Numbered from the stretch's first letter, positions 1 through 12,176 are shown. The stretch: 64,000 bases of DNA from an uncultured Acidobacteriota bacterium (GCA_963809485.1 CAWEJX010000004.1:256001-320000), one strand, 5' to 3'. Numbers and translations are program-made. Notes: generated by a model not told the origin, from the sequence alone.

Positions 1-24
1 GCACGGAGCAGGACGATGGCTGAT

Positions 25-1757
25 TCACTTTGAGGTGGTAGGTGGTTCGCTGTTCCACGAAGGATCCTGATAGATGACTTTGCCTCCGACCAATGTCATC
101 AGGAGCCTTCGTTTTCCCGATTTGATTCGGTGGAATATTGAATAAGTCCTGTGAAATGATGACCACGTCCGCAAGCTTCCCTGCCTCGATGGAGCCTTCC
201 GTTTTCTCCCGTTTCGCGGCGATTGCTCCGCCCATGGTGTATCCCTGAATGGCCTGCTCCAGAGTGAGCCGCTCGTTTGGAAGCCACCCCCCCGCCGGCG
301 TTCCCTCCGGGGTCTGGCGCGTCACCAGTATCTGGAGGCCCGGCCAGGGATTCAGAGTTACCACGGGCCAGTCGCTGCCGAAGCTCAGATGGGCCCCTCC
401 GTTCAGAACCGAGTGCCAGGGAAATGCGTGCTGAGCGCGCTGCGGACCTATGCTTCGCGCCCAGGCCTCAAAAGTGTTGGTGTCCGGAGTTGCATGCAGC
501 GGCTGCATGCCGGCGATCACGTTGAGTTTTCCGAACCGGGGAATGTCCTGGGCGCTTGGGGCCTCGATATGCTCGATCCGGTCCCGTGCGTCCGTGCGGC
601 CGTTTGCCTTATTCGCAGCCTCATAGGCATCGAGCGCAAGCCGGATGGTGCGATCGCCAATCGCGTGAGTGGAGATTGGAAAACCGAGCCGATCCAGGCG
701 GATCACGCTTTCCTTGTACTTTTCGGGTTCAAAATAGAGCTGTCCCCTGTTGGCCGGATCGTGCTCGTAAGGCTCCAGCATCGCTGCCGTATGCGCTTCG
801 ATGACGCCATCCAGCAGAAACTTCACCTGGCCGGCATCGATCCAATCATCGCCATACTTTTGTCGGTTTTCCTGCAGAGTTGTAATGGCATCCGGAGCAA
901 CCGGTGCGCTAACAAACCGGGCCATGGTAAAGCGCGCGGTCAAATCGCCTCTTTGCCGGATTTCATCGAAAAGTTCGATGCGCTCCGCGTCCGCGCCGGC
1001 GCTGATCAGGCGGGTCAGGCCCAGGGAGCCGGCGTAACGGATGGCTTTTGTAAGACCATCCAGCTCTTCTTCGCGGGTCGGTTTCGGGGATAACCCGGGT
1101 CACCAATCGTTCCGCAGCCTCCTTCAAAACGCCTGTCGGCTCGCCCGTGACAGGATCGCGCACGATGATACCGCTCGGCGGATCAGGCGTTTTGCGCGTG
1201 ATTCCCGCCGCCTGAAGCGCCTTGCTGTTCGCCAGGGCGGTGTGCCCATCGTATGCCGCCAAATAAACAGGACGATCGGGAACGACTTCGTCCACCAGCT
1301 TCTTGTGGGGCAGGCCGCTTTTGCCGAAGACGCTGTAGACCCATCCCATACCCTGGATCCATTTTCTGTCAGGGTGGGCAGCGGCATAGTCCTGTATCGC
1401 CTTCTGAAATTCACCGACTGTTTTTGCGCTATTGAGTGAAAGATTCCTCAGCTGAGCGGCGCCGGCCATCATGTGGACATGAGCGTCGACGAATCCGGGA
1501 AGCACCATGTGCTGCCTCGCATCGATCACCTTTGTGGAAGGGCCTTGATGCGCTGCAATCGATTGATCCGAACCCACAGCAATGATTTTCCCTGCGCGGA
1601 CGGCCATGGCCTGCGCCCATGGCTCCTTCGGATTCACGGTATAAATTTTCGCATGGATCAACACCGCATCCGCCGGGGTGCCCGCTTGGCGACTGCATGC
1701 TGATATTCCCAAAACAGCGATAAGAAGAACGACAATCGCCAGCGCTCGTTTTTTCAT
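25..1757 (-). CDS. Amidohydrolase 3 family (YtcJ-like) lipoprotein, interrupted by apparent frameshifts near 1085 and 103
   Basis: ORF 963-1775 has a lipobox (LGISAC) and PGFVDAHVH. Manual translation of another minus frame continues with HAIGD, RIEH, FGSDWPV and GSIEAGKLAD, then TLVGGKVIY to a TGA at 25-27. Confidence 0.85.
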
Positions 1758-2108
1758 ATGCAGGATTCCCTTCATAATCCAGGCGGCGGCGAAAAGCGGC
1801 GCCGCTCAAAAGGTTTAGAAGTTACGGCATAATTTAACTTCCCCGATCACCGCAGGTGCACAATGTTGGCTTGTATGAGATCCTCGCCGGCAGTTTTAAG
1901 AAAGTCTCCGGAGAGCCATCCTCGCCCAATCAACATTCAATGCTGAGAAAATAGAATTTATTAATAATTTTTCAGCGTGCGTCAGCGTTAAATTTATGGA
2001 AGGCCTCCAGAGTCTGTCTCAAAACGACTGTCGCGAGATGCTCGCCGGCAGCCTGGAGACATTCTCTGGAGAGCCGTCCTCACCAGCCATATATAAAAAA
2101 AGGAGCCT

Positions 2109-3398
2109 CTATCGACTTTGTGGCGCTACCGCAACGCACTTCAGGTTCTTCTGGTCGCGTATCAGCAGCTTGCCGTCCACAAGCGCCGGGGGAGCCCAGT
2201 TTTCGCCTGACTCCAGCAGCTCGGCGCTGGCCAGCGGCTTGAAACCGGCCGGATTGGGGTCGATAAGGTACAGAATCCTGCTGCCGTCGGTGCTCAGCAG
2301 CAGATCATCGGCCAGGATTGATCCGCCTCTGACGAAGGCCGGATCCTCGCCCGTTTTCCATTTGATCTTGCCGTCCATACCCATGCACACCATACCATCG
2401 CTTCGCTCGTTGATAGTGTACTGGGCATAGAAATGGTCTTTATACAGAACCGGGGGCTGTGTGTGGGCTCCGAAATCGGGAGTCTTGAACAGCTCCGTAA
2501 CTCCGTAGCTGCCGTCTGCTTTCTTTTGAACCTTTATCATCGCGGAACCTGCGCTGTATCCGCCCGTGATGAGCATGCGGCCCTCTCCGGCGTCGACGGC
2601 ATGAGGGACGGGAATGGCGCACTGCCAATTGCCGTACGTCCACAGGACTTTTCCGCTGAGCGGATCAAGTCCATTGACGCTGCCGCCGCTGGCGTTGCGC
2701 CCAAATCCCACGGCGGCCATGATCATTACCAGGTGATCTTCTCCGCCGATTTTAACAATGGACGGGCTGACATATCCAACCCCGCCAGACAGAACAGATG
2801 ATTTCCATTTAAGTTCGCCTGTCAGCTTGTCATAGGCAACCACTGTCGACTGGGGTGCTTGCGGCGCCACAATAAGCAAATTGCCGTAGATTAGCGGGTT
2901 CTGGGTTAGGGCCCACCTGGGCAGTTCGCCGCCGCCGAAATCCTTCCAGATATTCTTATTCCATACGGGTTTGTGCGTGTTTATGTTGATGCAATACAGG
3001 TCGCCCAGCGGCCCGCATGCATAAACATTATTGCCATCCACGGTGGGAGTGGATCGCGAGCCGGGATGGTTGAAGCTGCCCGGGGCATCGTAGGCAAAGT
3101 TCCAAAGCTGCTTGCCGCTGGAAAGGTCGAAACATCTCAGGTTGTCCCCGACTTTTTCGTCACGATCAAGCAGGTAGACTTTGCCGCCGCTGACGACCGG
3201 ACCGCCATAGCCGATGCCAATAGGGGCTGTCCAGAGGACCTTGGGGCCTTCCTTTGGCCAGCTCCGCAACAGGCCCTTCTCCGAGGAGGTGCTGTCTCTT
3301 TTGGGTCCAAAATATTGCGGCCAATCCGCAGCAAAGGCGCAGACTGCGAATAGCGCTACGATTACGATTGTGAGTTTTAACTTAGCTTTCATTGGCAT
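2109..3398 (-). CDS. Secreted PQQ-binding-like (BamB-type) beta-propeller protein
   Basis: Signal peptide ending AFA-ADWPQYFGP, WPKEGPKVLW, and repeated 'GxxxW' blade motifs. Confidence 0.85.
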   Translation of the reverse strand: MPMKAKLKLTIVIVALFAVCAFAADWPQYFGPKRDSTSSEKGLLRSWPKEGPKVLWTAPIGIGYGGPVVSGGKVYLLDRDEKVGDNLRCFDLSSGKQLWNFAYDAPGSFNHPGSRSTPTVDGNNVYACGPLGDLYCININTHKPVWNKNIWKDFGGGELPRWALTQNPLIYGNLLIVAPQAPQSTVVAYDKLTGELKWKSSVLSGGVGYVSPSIVKIGGEDHLVMIMAAVGFGRNASGGSVNGLDPLSGKVLWTYGNWQCAIPVPHAVDAGEGRMLITGGYSAGSAMIKVQKKADGSYGVTELFKTPDFGAHTQPPVLYKDHFYAQYTINERSDGMVCMGMDGKIKWKTGEDPAFVRGGSILADDLLLSTDGSRILYLIDPNPAGFKPLASAELLESGENWAPPALVDGKLLIRDQKNLKCVAVAPQSR

Positions 3399-3485
3399 GG
3401 CTCCTTTTTCGTCAAAGCAGTGATACGCAAAACCAGCAGGGGCGGCCCTGTCGCGCGCCCCTGAAACTTTCCAAGCATGAGTGCC

Positions 3486-4929
3486 CTATTTTTCAGATCC
3501 GCCGGCAACGGCAGTAACGGCATAAAGTTCGGAGGACGTCATGATGTACAGCACTCCGTTGGCAGGCACGGGCGTACCGTAAACCGAGCCTCCCATATCG
3601 ATCTCGGAGATTTTTTTCATCTCAGCAGCGGCCCTGAAGACGGCAACATCCCCATCTTGATCCCCGATGAAGACCTTGCCGTCAGCCGCCAGCGGGGATC
3701 CCCAGACCGGGGCCATCATGTCATAAGTCCAATAGGCCTTTCCGGTCTTGGCGTCCAGGCAGTGCAGAAACCCTTTGAGATCGGAGATAAAAGCCAACCC
3801 GTCGGCGACAGCCGCCGTAGAGATGGACCGGCTGATTTTGTCGTACTGCCAGACGCGGCCTGTTTCGGTGATATCGCCTCGCCGGGCAGGATCGATGCAA
3901 TAGGTGTGACCGATTCCGTTGCCGCTATCGGGATCCTGGCCCACGCTCATGAACACTTTGCCGCCGCTGAATACGGGCGTGGAGACGCCATAGTTGCGTG
4001 TTTTGGGCCACGCGGCGTCTTTAGGGTTCAGATCAAACCTCCAGAGCTTTTCTCCGGTTCGAGCATTGAAGCCGTAAATCCAGCCGTCACCCCCCGCGAA
4101 AAAGACCTGCTGAACTCCATCTATCAGGCCGAGAGCCGGCGAAGACCACTGGCCGCGCAGAATGCCGTCCCCCGGAGAACTGTCCTGCCACACTACCTCT
4201 CCCGGAATTTTTGTTTACGGCAATAAAGCTGGGAGCTTTCGGTGCAGGGACCTTATCGCCATTGCTGTCTCGGCCGTTGGAGGTCCCGAGCAAGATCAGG
4301 TCCTCCCAAATGACGGGGGATGAATTGGCCATGAAAAGCTGGGATACGCCCAACTCCTTCATCATATCGAGCTTCCAAACGATGTCGGCATCGGTTGGCC
4401 CTTTGTAAGCCTCATCCTGGAAAGGGCCGTCATTTTTGCCGTCCATAAATCCTTCGGTGTCCAGGCAAACCAGCTCTCCGCGATTGCTCACATAATATAG
4501 CCGCTTCCCTTCCACGGCCGGGGATGAGCAGACGCCTTCTTCGGGAAAATCGTTTTCAAACTCCAGCTTGTCCGTCACGGCCTGCCAGAGATACTTGCCA
4601 TCGGACTCGCGGAAGCACATGAGCACGCCTTTGTCACCCTCAATTTCCGGATTCCTGGGATTTCCATTGTTGGTGCCTAAAAAGATCTTCCCATCGGCCA
4701 CCACCGGATTTCCGTACGAGGTCGTACCGATCTGCGCCTTCCATTTGATGCTTTTCCCGCTTTTGACATCCCAGAATTCGGGGAGGTTTTTCATGGCAGA
4801 TACCATGTTTCGCTGCGCCGTGCCGCCCCACATCGGCCAGTCCTGGGAGACCAGCGGAAACGCGGCTATTCCGGAAAGCATGAGAAAAAAAAGATTGCTT
4901 TTGATGCGCATAGACCAGCTCCGTGTCAT
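3486..4929 (-). CDS. Secreted PQQ-binding-like beta-propeller protein, frameshifted near 4197
   Basis: ORF 4087-4929 (QDWPMWGG, YGNPVVADG, SSPAV) and ORF 3486-4193 (WSSP, GEKLW, WGSP, YGTP) are consecutive halves of one propeller. Confidence 0.85.
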
Positions 4930-5402
4930 CCGGCTTTTGAGGGCAGCTTCAGTGCTCGTTCTATACCCGGCCCCGACCCCGGGCTATTCTGCTTTTGCCT
5001 CTCGGGGCAGAGCATAGCAATGCTGTCACCATATTATCCGATTATCCATAGAAACACGATAGCAGGAAGAAGCGCAGAGTGTTACAGCCACCAATTACCC
5101 CCCGCGGAGGGTGCGCCATGAGAACGCCCCGCTGGAACTTCCGAGATTTTATGTCCGCTCCGTTGCGGCAAAGGCTTTGTGCTTGATATGGGTTTGACTG
5201 GCTGCCTGAAGTGGACGAAAATGAATCGCTGAAGCAACTGATGGGGTTTTACCCCGGTTTTTTATTTATGGCCTTCCCGGCTTTAATAAATCCGACATCA
5301 TTCAGTTGCCTCAAAAACAGTATGAGGGGAAGCTGCCGGCTATGCGCCGGAAGGTCTGCAAGTTGCCTGGCTTCGCCGACACTACACCAAGGAGGATATT
5401 TC

Positions 5403-7115
5403 ATGAAGCGGCAAACAACCGTATTTTTAATTGCAATGATGTGCCTGTGCCTGTTTTGCGGTTACCGGGCCCTGAACAGCCAGGCCGAGGTAAAAGCCTT
5501 TGCGGCTACCACTGCCGGGAAAGCAGTGGAACCGGTGATTACGGTGCTCAATCCGCTGGGCACGCCTCCGCCTTTGGAGCTGAAGGCAATGGCGCCGCGC
5601 CTGGACACATTAGAGGGCAAGACCATCTATTTTGTTGATGACGGGTATCCGGGATCGGACAACCTGCTCCTGGAAATGGAGCAAGGATTCAAGGAGACCT
5701 ACCCTAAAACCAATTTCCATTACGTTAAGAAAAGCACGTTCATGGCCCAGAAGGACCCTGCTCTGTGGGCGGAGATGCAGCAAAAAGCCGATGCAATGGT
5801 CATCGCCCTTGGCCATTGAAGCGTATGTGCGCCCGGGGTCACCGGGCTTTCTATAGATTTTGAATCCACCGTTAAAAAACCTGCAGTGCCAATCGTCGTT
5901 TCCAGTTTTGAAAAACAACTGAAAGAAGTCGCATTTACCAAAGGGATGCCGGGCATCAGGATTCAATACATCCGCGGGCCGATTTGGGCCAAGACGCGCG
6001 AGCAGCTTCGCCGGGATGTTGTTTTTGGCAACAACCCCCTTACCGGCAAGCCTGTGATGCAGGAGATTGTCGACAAGCTCACTAAATCCCTGACCACTGA
6101 AGAAAAAAGAACCGGAATGCTGGCGCGCGACAAGGGGCCGGCCACATTCAGCGGCACGGCCGATGAACTCCAGAAGATGTTTCTCGAGAAGAGATATACG
6201 GATTTTCTGCCTGTGGTTCTGCCTACGGAAGAAAAAGTCAATGAGATGTTGAAAGCCACGAGCCATGGTCCCGACGAAGTGCTCGGAAAGATGGGGCCGA
6301 CGGCGGGAGTCTTTGAGACCTGGACTTATACGGTAAAGGACGCGGCCATCAATGCGGTCATGGCAGGGGCCAAACCCGAATATTTCCCCATCATCCTGGC
6401 GATCGGGTCCACCGGGATGGAAGGCATTTCGGTTTCCGACAACAGCTTCGTGTCGGGCGCCGTCATCAACGGGGCGATCCGCGACGAAATCGGGCTGAAC
6501 TACGAGATCGGCGCAATGGGGCCGTATGCCCATGCCAACACCACCATCGGGCGAGCCTGGAACCTGCTGTCCATCAACGGCGGGAACTGCGGAAAAGTGG
6601 GAACAACCTATATGGGCACGGTCGGGAATCCAATGAACCTGATCAACATCATCATCGCGGAGAATGAACAGGATTCTCCTTTCACACCACTCTCGGTAAG
6701 GCGAGGCTTTAAAAAGAACGAGAACATTATCACCCTGTTTAACGGATGGGGCGTGCTCTCCGCCAAGAACTGGGCCGACAATGCATGGGGAACCGTGATG
6801 AACTATCCCAAGATCATCAAGGACATCTACAATACGCAGGACGGCTCTTTGTTTGGAACCTGCGTCGTCCTGAGTCCCCCGATTGCCAATTTCGTCCGGG
6901 ACGGAGGGTACGATACGGTGGATAAATTTGCCGCCTACGTAACAGGAGTGCCGATTGGATCGAAGCCTGCTCCCTTTGCGGGTAAGCCGAACGACGGATC
7001 GCGTCGTGCCGGCGGCACATTTACGGTGATTGTTACCGGCGGATCGAACAACAACTACTTCAGCATTGGCGGTCTGGTTCCCGTTCAATCGGTCCAGATC
7101 GACAAGTGGAGGTAG
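5403..7115 (+). CDS. UGSC-family thioredoxin-like selenoprotein (Sec139, UxxC motif), fused form with Sec-type signal peptide, 570 aa
   Basis: RBS AAGGAGG precedes ATG 5403. The TGA at 5817-5819 is in frame with ORF 5886-7115 and reads ALGH-U-SVCAP. The downstream part has DFLPVVLPT, AINAVMAGAKPEY and ANTTIGRA. Confidence 0.85.
5831..5847 (+). promoter_or_regulatory. Putative bacterial SECIS hairpin
   Basis: GCCCGG-GGTCA-CCGGGC begins 11 nt after the in-frame TGA, with a G-initiated loop containing GGUC. Confidence 0.75.
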
Positions 7116-7146
7116 CAGCAGTTCTCAGTATTTGAAATGCGCTCGG

Positions 7147-7177
7147 GCCGGGAATTCAAACATCCGCAATTCCCGGC
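7147..7177. terminator. Stem-loop downstream of the UGSC gene
   Basis: GCCGGGAATT...AATTCCCGGC inverted repeat about 30 nt after the stop codon. No U-tract is visible. Confidence 0.4.
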
Positions 7178-7313
7178 CAGGCGCAAAGTCGCCCGGCCGA
7201 AATTCTCGGATGGAAATCGACAGCATCCGGGAGGGCCAGAGGCTTCATGGATAGTGCTCAGAGCGGCTGGATGCAATCCGACGGCTCTAGCACGCAAACC
7301 TTCTCCTTAAGTA

Positions 7314-7734
7314 TCAGCGTTCATCAGCGGCCTTTTCAGCGTATGTCAGCGTTATATGTTCGCGGAAATGGCCCTCGTAAATAGTCATGGGAAAAAGTAT
7401 CGCCGTGGTCACCACGGTGTACTGGCACCAGTAAAGAAAGGTTTGAACCGGCTTGCGGCGCGTCAGGCGTTCGGAAAGGTTTCGCATGGCAGTCGACCAT
7501 TTCCCTGCGAGAAGCAGAATCGACACCAAGGCAGTAAAGGCAAAGTCGATCAGGAGAAGCCAGTATCCTCCCTCGAAATATGCGTCGGCATTCGCTCGAA
7601 CAGCTGGCGGGATTTTTGCCAGGTAAGCATTCGTGGCAGCCTCCACGTCGAATGCATTTGCGGCAAGGCCACACAGAGGCGAAACGCCCAGCCAAATCAA
7701 AATGACCAATACAGGGAAATATGCCTTTCAGCAT
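7314..7734 (-). pseudogene. N-terminal fragment of an M48 (Ste24-like) peptidase
   Basis: ATNAYLA...DAYFEGGYWLLL...YEGHFREH matches the CAAX-protease N-terminal region. It stops shortly after FREH and has no HExxH domain. Confidence 0.7.
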
Positions 7735-8012
7735 ACGCGTTCTCCTTTTGACTTCCGGCCGGAAGCAGGCAACACAACCGGTATCCTTTGCTTCGGGTTT
7801 CGCCTACATAGCTCGTCGATAGATATGTTGCAGATGCTTCCCAAAATTCGTCTCTGAAAATTTTACTACAAAACTGCAGCCAGGATATAAAATTTGGCCG
7901 ATAGGCGGCGCAGAGCATAATTCTCATACACGGCGCCAGCAATGTCTGCGCATCATGCTTGAGCCACGGACAAACGGGGAAGGATGAGCATTCAGACAAG
8001 GAAGTAGGAAAG

Positions 8013-8543
8013 ATGGCAAGAAATGTTGAGATCAAAGCCCGCGTCGAAAACATCGGCCCGGTCTTTGCGCGAGCCGCGGAGCTTGCAGATGAAAGCCCGG
8101 TTGAGATTGTCCAGGATGATACTTTCTTCGCCTGCAACAACGGCCGGTTGAAACTCCGCACCTTTTCCTCCGGTGAAGGCGAGCTCATCTTCTACCGCCG
8201 CGCCGATCAAAAGGGACCTAAGGAATCTCATTACGTGCTCTATCCCACAACCTCTCCGGATGCACTTCGCGAAACCCTTTCAATGGCTTACGGCCGGACC
8301 GGCCGGGTCCGAAAACAGCGGACTCTGTTCATGTCGGGGAGAACCCGCATTCATCTGGACTGCGTCGAAGGCCTCGGCAACTTCCTTGAACTGGAAGTGG
8401 TACTGGCAGAGGGCGAGTCTACAGAGGAAGGCGAAACTGTTGCCAGGAGCCTGATGCAGAAGCTGGGCATTCATGAGGATCAGCTTATCGAGGGCGCCTA
8501 TGTCGACTTGCTGGCAACCTCGAATTCCCTGAGCCGAACCTGA
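8013..8543 (+). CDS. cyaB: Class IV adenylate cyclase / CYTH domain protein
   Basis: NVEIKAR, Q-D-FF, GRLKLR, RIHLD-VEGLGNFLELEV and final YVDLL motifs. Confidence 0.88.
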   Translation: MARNVEIKARVENIGPVFARAAELADESPVEIVQDDTFFACNNGRLKLRTFSSGEGELIFYRRADQKGPKESHYVLYPTTSPDALRETLSMAYGRTGRVRKQRTLFMSGRTRIHLDCVEGLGNFLELEVVLAEGESTEEGETVARSLMQKLGIHEDQLIEGAYVDLLATSNSLSRT

Positions 8544-8577
8544 CAACCCTGTGATTCCGGGTGGAAGAGTCTTCCCG

Positions 8578-9924
8578 TTATTGAGCGGACTGCCTCAGGA
8601 AGTCTACCGCCATGTTTGCGAGTGTCTTTATTCCCACGATTATGGCGCCTTCGTCCGCGTAGAAACGTGGTGAATGGTTGGGTTCGGCCTTCGCCGGATC
8701 GGCACCCTTCGGCGTGACACCAAGCATAATAAAGATTCCGGGAATCTCCTTCTGGTAAAAGGAAAAGTCCTCCGATGTCGTGGCAGCGGGAGCCGTCTTC
8801 ACACCGCTGTTTCCCGCAACTCTCTTGAGGGTCGGAATCATCCGCTCCATCAATGCAGGATCGTTATAGGTTACGGGAGTCCCGGGGGCGATTGCTACCT
8901 CCGCCGATGCGCCTGCACTTTTTGCGATCATGTCCACAGTCTGTTTGATCCGCCCTGCGATGTCTGCCCGAATTTGCTCGTCGAAGGTCCGAATCGTCCC
9001 TTCCATTTCGACACTTTCCGGAATGATATTGCTGCGTACGCCGCCATGCAGACTGCCTATGGTAATAACCGCAGGCGAACGGGTCAGGTCGGTCTGCCTG
9101 CTTGTGATCGTCTGCAATCCCAGGATTATCTGGGCAGCGATAACAATCGGATCAACTCCCGCCCAGGGAAGCGCGCCGTGAGACTGGCGGCCGCGAATAT
9201 GGATTTTCAAGGAATCCGAGCTTGCCATTACAGGTCCTGGACGGTAGCGGATTTCGCCGACCGGGGAAAGGTCGACGTGCAACCCGAATATGGCTTCGGG
9301 CCTGGGGTTATCGAGAGCGCCTTCCCGGATCATAAGGACTGCGCCGCCTTGTTCACCCGCTGGAGCGCCCTCTTCGGCCGGCTGAAAAAGGAATTTCACG
9401 CTGCCGGAAAGCTCGCCGCGAATGCCGGCCAAAACTTCGGCAACTCCCATCAGAATGGCGGTATGAAGGTCATGGCCGCAGGCATGCATGACACCCACAT
9501 CGCGACCCTCATAGGTGGCACGCACTTTTGAGGCGAATGGCAGATTCACTTCCTCCGTGACCGGAAGAGCGTCCATGTCCGCCCGGAGGGCGACTACCGG
9601 TCCGGGCTGGTTACCCCGCAGAAGTCCCACGACTCCAGTATGAGCGACACCGGTCCGAACCTCCAATCCGAGTCCGCGCAGATGATCCGCCACAATTTTT
9701 GAGGTTCGGAATTCGCGGTTGGAGAGTTCCGGATGTTCGTGCAGGTCGCGACGCCAGGAAATTGCCTTGCTTTCGACCTGCACCGCCAGGCGGTCGATAT
9801 CGGTGGTCAGGCTGACGGATTCGATTGCCTGAGCATGCCCGGCCAGAAGGGAGAGTGCAGCTAAACTGCCGATCCCAACAAATAGCAGGACTGGCAGTAT
9901 CAGACCTTTTCGCACAAAATTCAT
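8578..9924 (-). CDS. M20D family amidohydrolase/peptidase with signal peptide
   Basis: HEHPELS, ALRADMDALPV, MHACGHD, FQPAEEG, SEDFS and NHSP motifs. Confidence 0.92.
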   Translation of the reverse strand: MNFVRKGLILPVLLFVGIGSLAALSLLAGHAQAIESVSLTTDIDRLAVQVESKAISWRRDLHEHPELSNREFRTSKIVADHLRGLGLEVRTGVAHTGVVGLLRGNQPGPVVALRADMDALPVTEEVNLPFASKVRATYEGRDVGVMHACGHDLHTAILMGVAEVLAGIRGELSGSVKFLFQPAEEGAPAGEQGGAVLMIREGALDNPRPEAIFGLHVDLSPVGEIRYRPGPVMASSDSLKIHIRGRQSHGALPWAGVDPIVIAAQIILGLQTITSRQTDLTRSPAVITIGSLHGGVRSNIIPESVEMEGTIRTFDEQIRADIAGRIKQTVDMIAKSAGASAEVAIAPGTPVTYNDPALMERMIPTLKRVAGNSGVKTAPAATTSEDFSFYQKEIPGIFIMLGVTPKGADPAKAEPNHSPRFYADEGAIIVGIKTLANMAVDFLRQSAQ

Positions 9925-9979
9925 CGTTTTGTTCTCACGGGAATGACATTCTTGGTGAATTCAGGTTCCATATTGCTCA

Positions 9980-10603
9980 ATGGGAGAAAAACACATCGAG
10001 ATTATATATTCGGAGCGCATACCTTTGTCTACTGTCTATGCGCCGGCCGCCGGTTTTGATCCTGAAGGCACGCTCGGCACAATCACTGCAATCGGCACCA
10101 CACTTTTCGGCATCCTTACCGGAACATGGTTTCGCCGTCCCGACAAAACCAAAGGCCAAAAAACTCTCGGGATGATCGTTGCAGGAGCGGCGCTTATGGC
10201 AGCGGCGCTTGTTTTGAATACCTGGCTGCCCATAAATAAAAATCTGTGGACGTCCTCTTACGCGATATTCATGGCGGGATGCTCGCTTGTTTTCCTGAGC
10301 ATTTTCTACTATCTGATCGACGTTAAAGGGTACGCAAAGTGGGCCACATTTTTCGTGATCTTCGGGATGAATGCCATTGCCGTGTATATGTTCTCTGAAC
10401 TCCTGGTGACTCTGCTCTGGATTATCCCGGTTAGCGCTGCCGGCGGCGCATCCACTTCCCTGCACGTTTACATTTACGAGCATTTCTTCCTGCCGCTGGC
10501 CAGCCCGCAGAATGCCTCGCTGCTTTTTGCAGTTGCCTATGTGCTGCTGTCCTTTGCAGTCGCATGGATTATGCGGAAACGACGCTGGTTTTTGAAAGTG
10601 TAA
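9980..10603 (+). pseudogene. C-terminal fragment of an HGSNAT/NagX-like membrane acyltransferase
   Basis: DPEG-LGT, PINKNLWTSSY and FGMNAIAVY motifs. The N-terminal half is absent because the divergent M20 gene starts about 55 nt upstream. Confidence 0.7.
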
Positions 10604-10819
10604 AGAAAAGAGCAACGGGAATATCCCATGATCCAAAGTATCAAAGCCGGAAAATGCTTCTATCTGCACCGAAGCGATTGTCCTTGAAAGCGGGACTGCG
10701 GATCCAGGATGATAGAGCCGTAATGCGAGCAATCGCCTGCTCGAGGGAGAAACGGCAAAGCCGCGCAATTCCGGGGGCAGCCGGTACTATCCTACCTCAA
10801 AGGTGGAAAGACAGGAAAC

Positions 10820-12060
10820 GTGGCTCAACCCGACAGCCAAATCGCGCCACCCCTCAAACAAACCGCTGACAGAGCAAAAAGCAGGGCCTGGATGTGGCCT
10901 TTCAGCCTGCTTCTGTTCGTGATCCTGGTAGACTCGATCGACGCCACCTCCTATCGGTCCCGTCATGGCTCAGATCAAAAGCGCGTGGAAAATAAGCAAT
11001 ACAGGTGTCGGCATCTACACAAGCATTTATGGTCTGCTCTCTATCCTCGTGGCTGTGCCCATCGGCGAAGCGGTCAGGCGATGGGGCGTGAAGCGCACCG
11101 TCATGGGCGCGGTGACGATCATTTTCCTTGGAATGATGCTGATGGCAACGGCGGACGCGTTCCCTCAAGGGCTCACGGGCAGAATCTTCGCATCGGCGGG
11201 GATACGGGTGGCAACGGTTGCATCCTGGGCAGGGGCAGCGACGATTGCACCCGCATCGGTCATGACGTCCGCCTGGACCATCATGAATACTGCCAATGCG
11301 GCAGGCGCAATCATCGGGCCGTCGGTTGTTGGAGGCTATGTCGGCTCCAATTTCGGCTGGCAGGCGAGTCTTCTTCACCCTTGCCGGTTTCTCGGTATTC
11401 TGCTTTGTCCTGATCTGGCTGTTCCTGCGCATGCCGTCTGCCAGAACCGCAGCCCCGGATAGCGTTGCGGCGTCGACCGCAACCTCCGGATTCAACGTTT
11501 ACCGGTGCTGGGACATCTACCTGATGGGGCTGATCTTCACCTTCATGATCGGCGGCAGCCAGGTGTCGATCATGAGCTTTGCGCCCCTGGCGATGGCGCA
11601 CCGATGGAATATGGATCCTGCAGGCCATCGGCAATGTGATCGGCCTCTCATATTCGGTAGGATTGCCCGTGATGTTTGTGGCAGGCATTCTCGCCGACAA
11701 GCTTCGCACGCGGAAGAAAATCATGATCGCGGCCGCGAATCCCTATGGCTGCCGGGCTGTTCATGCTCACGTCGCAGGACCAGACGATCTTCATACTGGG
11801 TTTGGTCGGCTATCTCGGCTTCACCTATGCCCCGGGCGCCATGCTTTATGCCTGCGCTCCGGACATGGTACCGAAAGGAACAAGTCTCGGTCCTGTCTAC
11901 GGCCTGCTGGTCGACGATCAGCAACGCCGGCAGCTTTTTCGCGCCCATCATCGTGGGGCGGATACGGGACGCAACAGGCGATTTCAACTCCAGCTTCATC
12001 CTGTTGGGAGTGCTGTGCACGATCAGCTTGCTTCTTTGTCTGAAGCTCCGGGTTCGTTAA
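10820..12060 (+). CDS. MFS transporter with several frameshifts (assembly error or pseudogene)
   Basis: Hydrophobic helices are spread over ORFs 10820, 10965, 11296, 11579 and 11745. MFS loop motifs include GEAVRRWGVKR, GILADKLRTRK and APIIVGRIRDATG. Confidence 0.75.
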
Positions 12061-12176
12061 GCCCCGCTGCTGTCCTGAGTTTTGTGGTCGGGTAGGAATT
12101 GAGCCCCAAGCACCACTGCTTTCGGGCCCATTTTGTCGTTAAAAGCAGATCCGGGATTTTGCGTTCATTTCGCTAT

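Noticed and set aside
5610-7088. Long antisense ORFs (also 389-1093, 8674-9531, 21253-22503, 61619-62698 and others)
   Set aside because: They are shadows of well-supported genes on the opposite strand in GC-rich DNA and carry no motifs.
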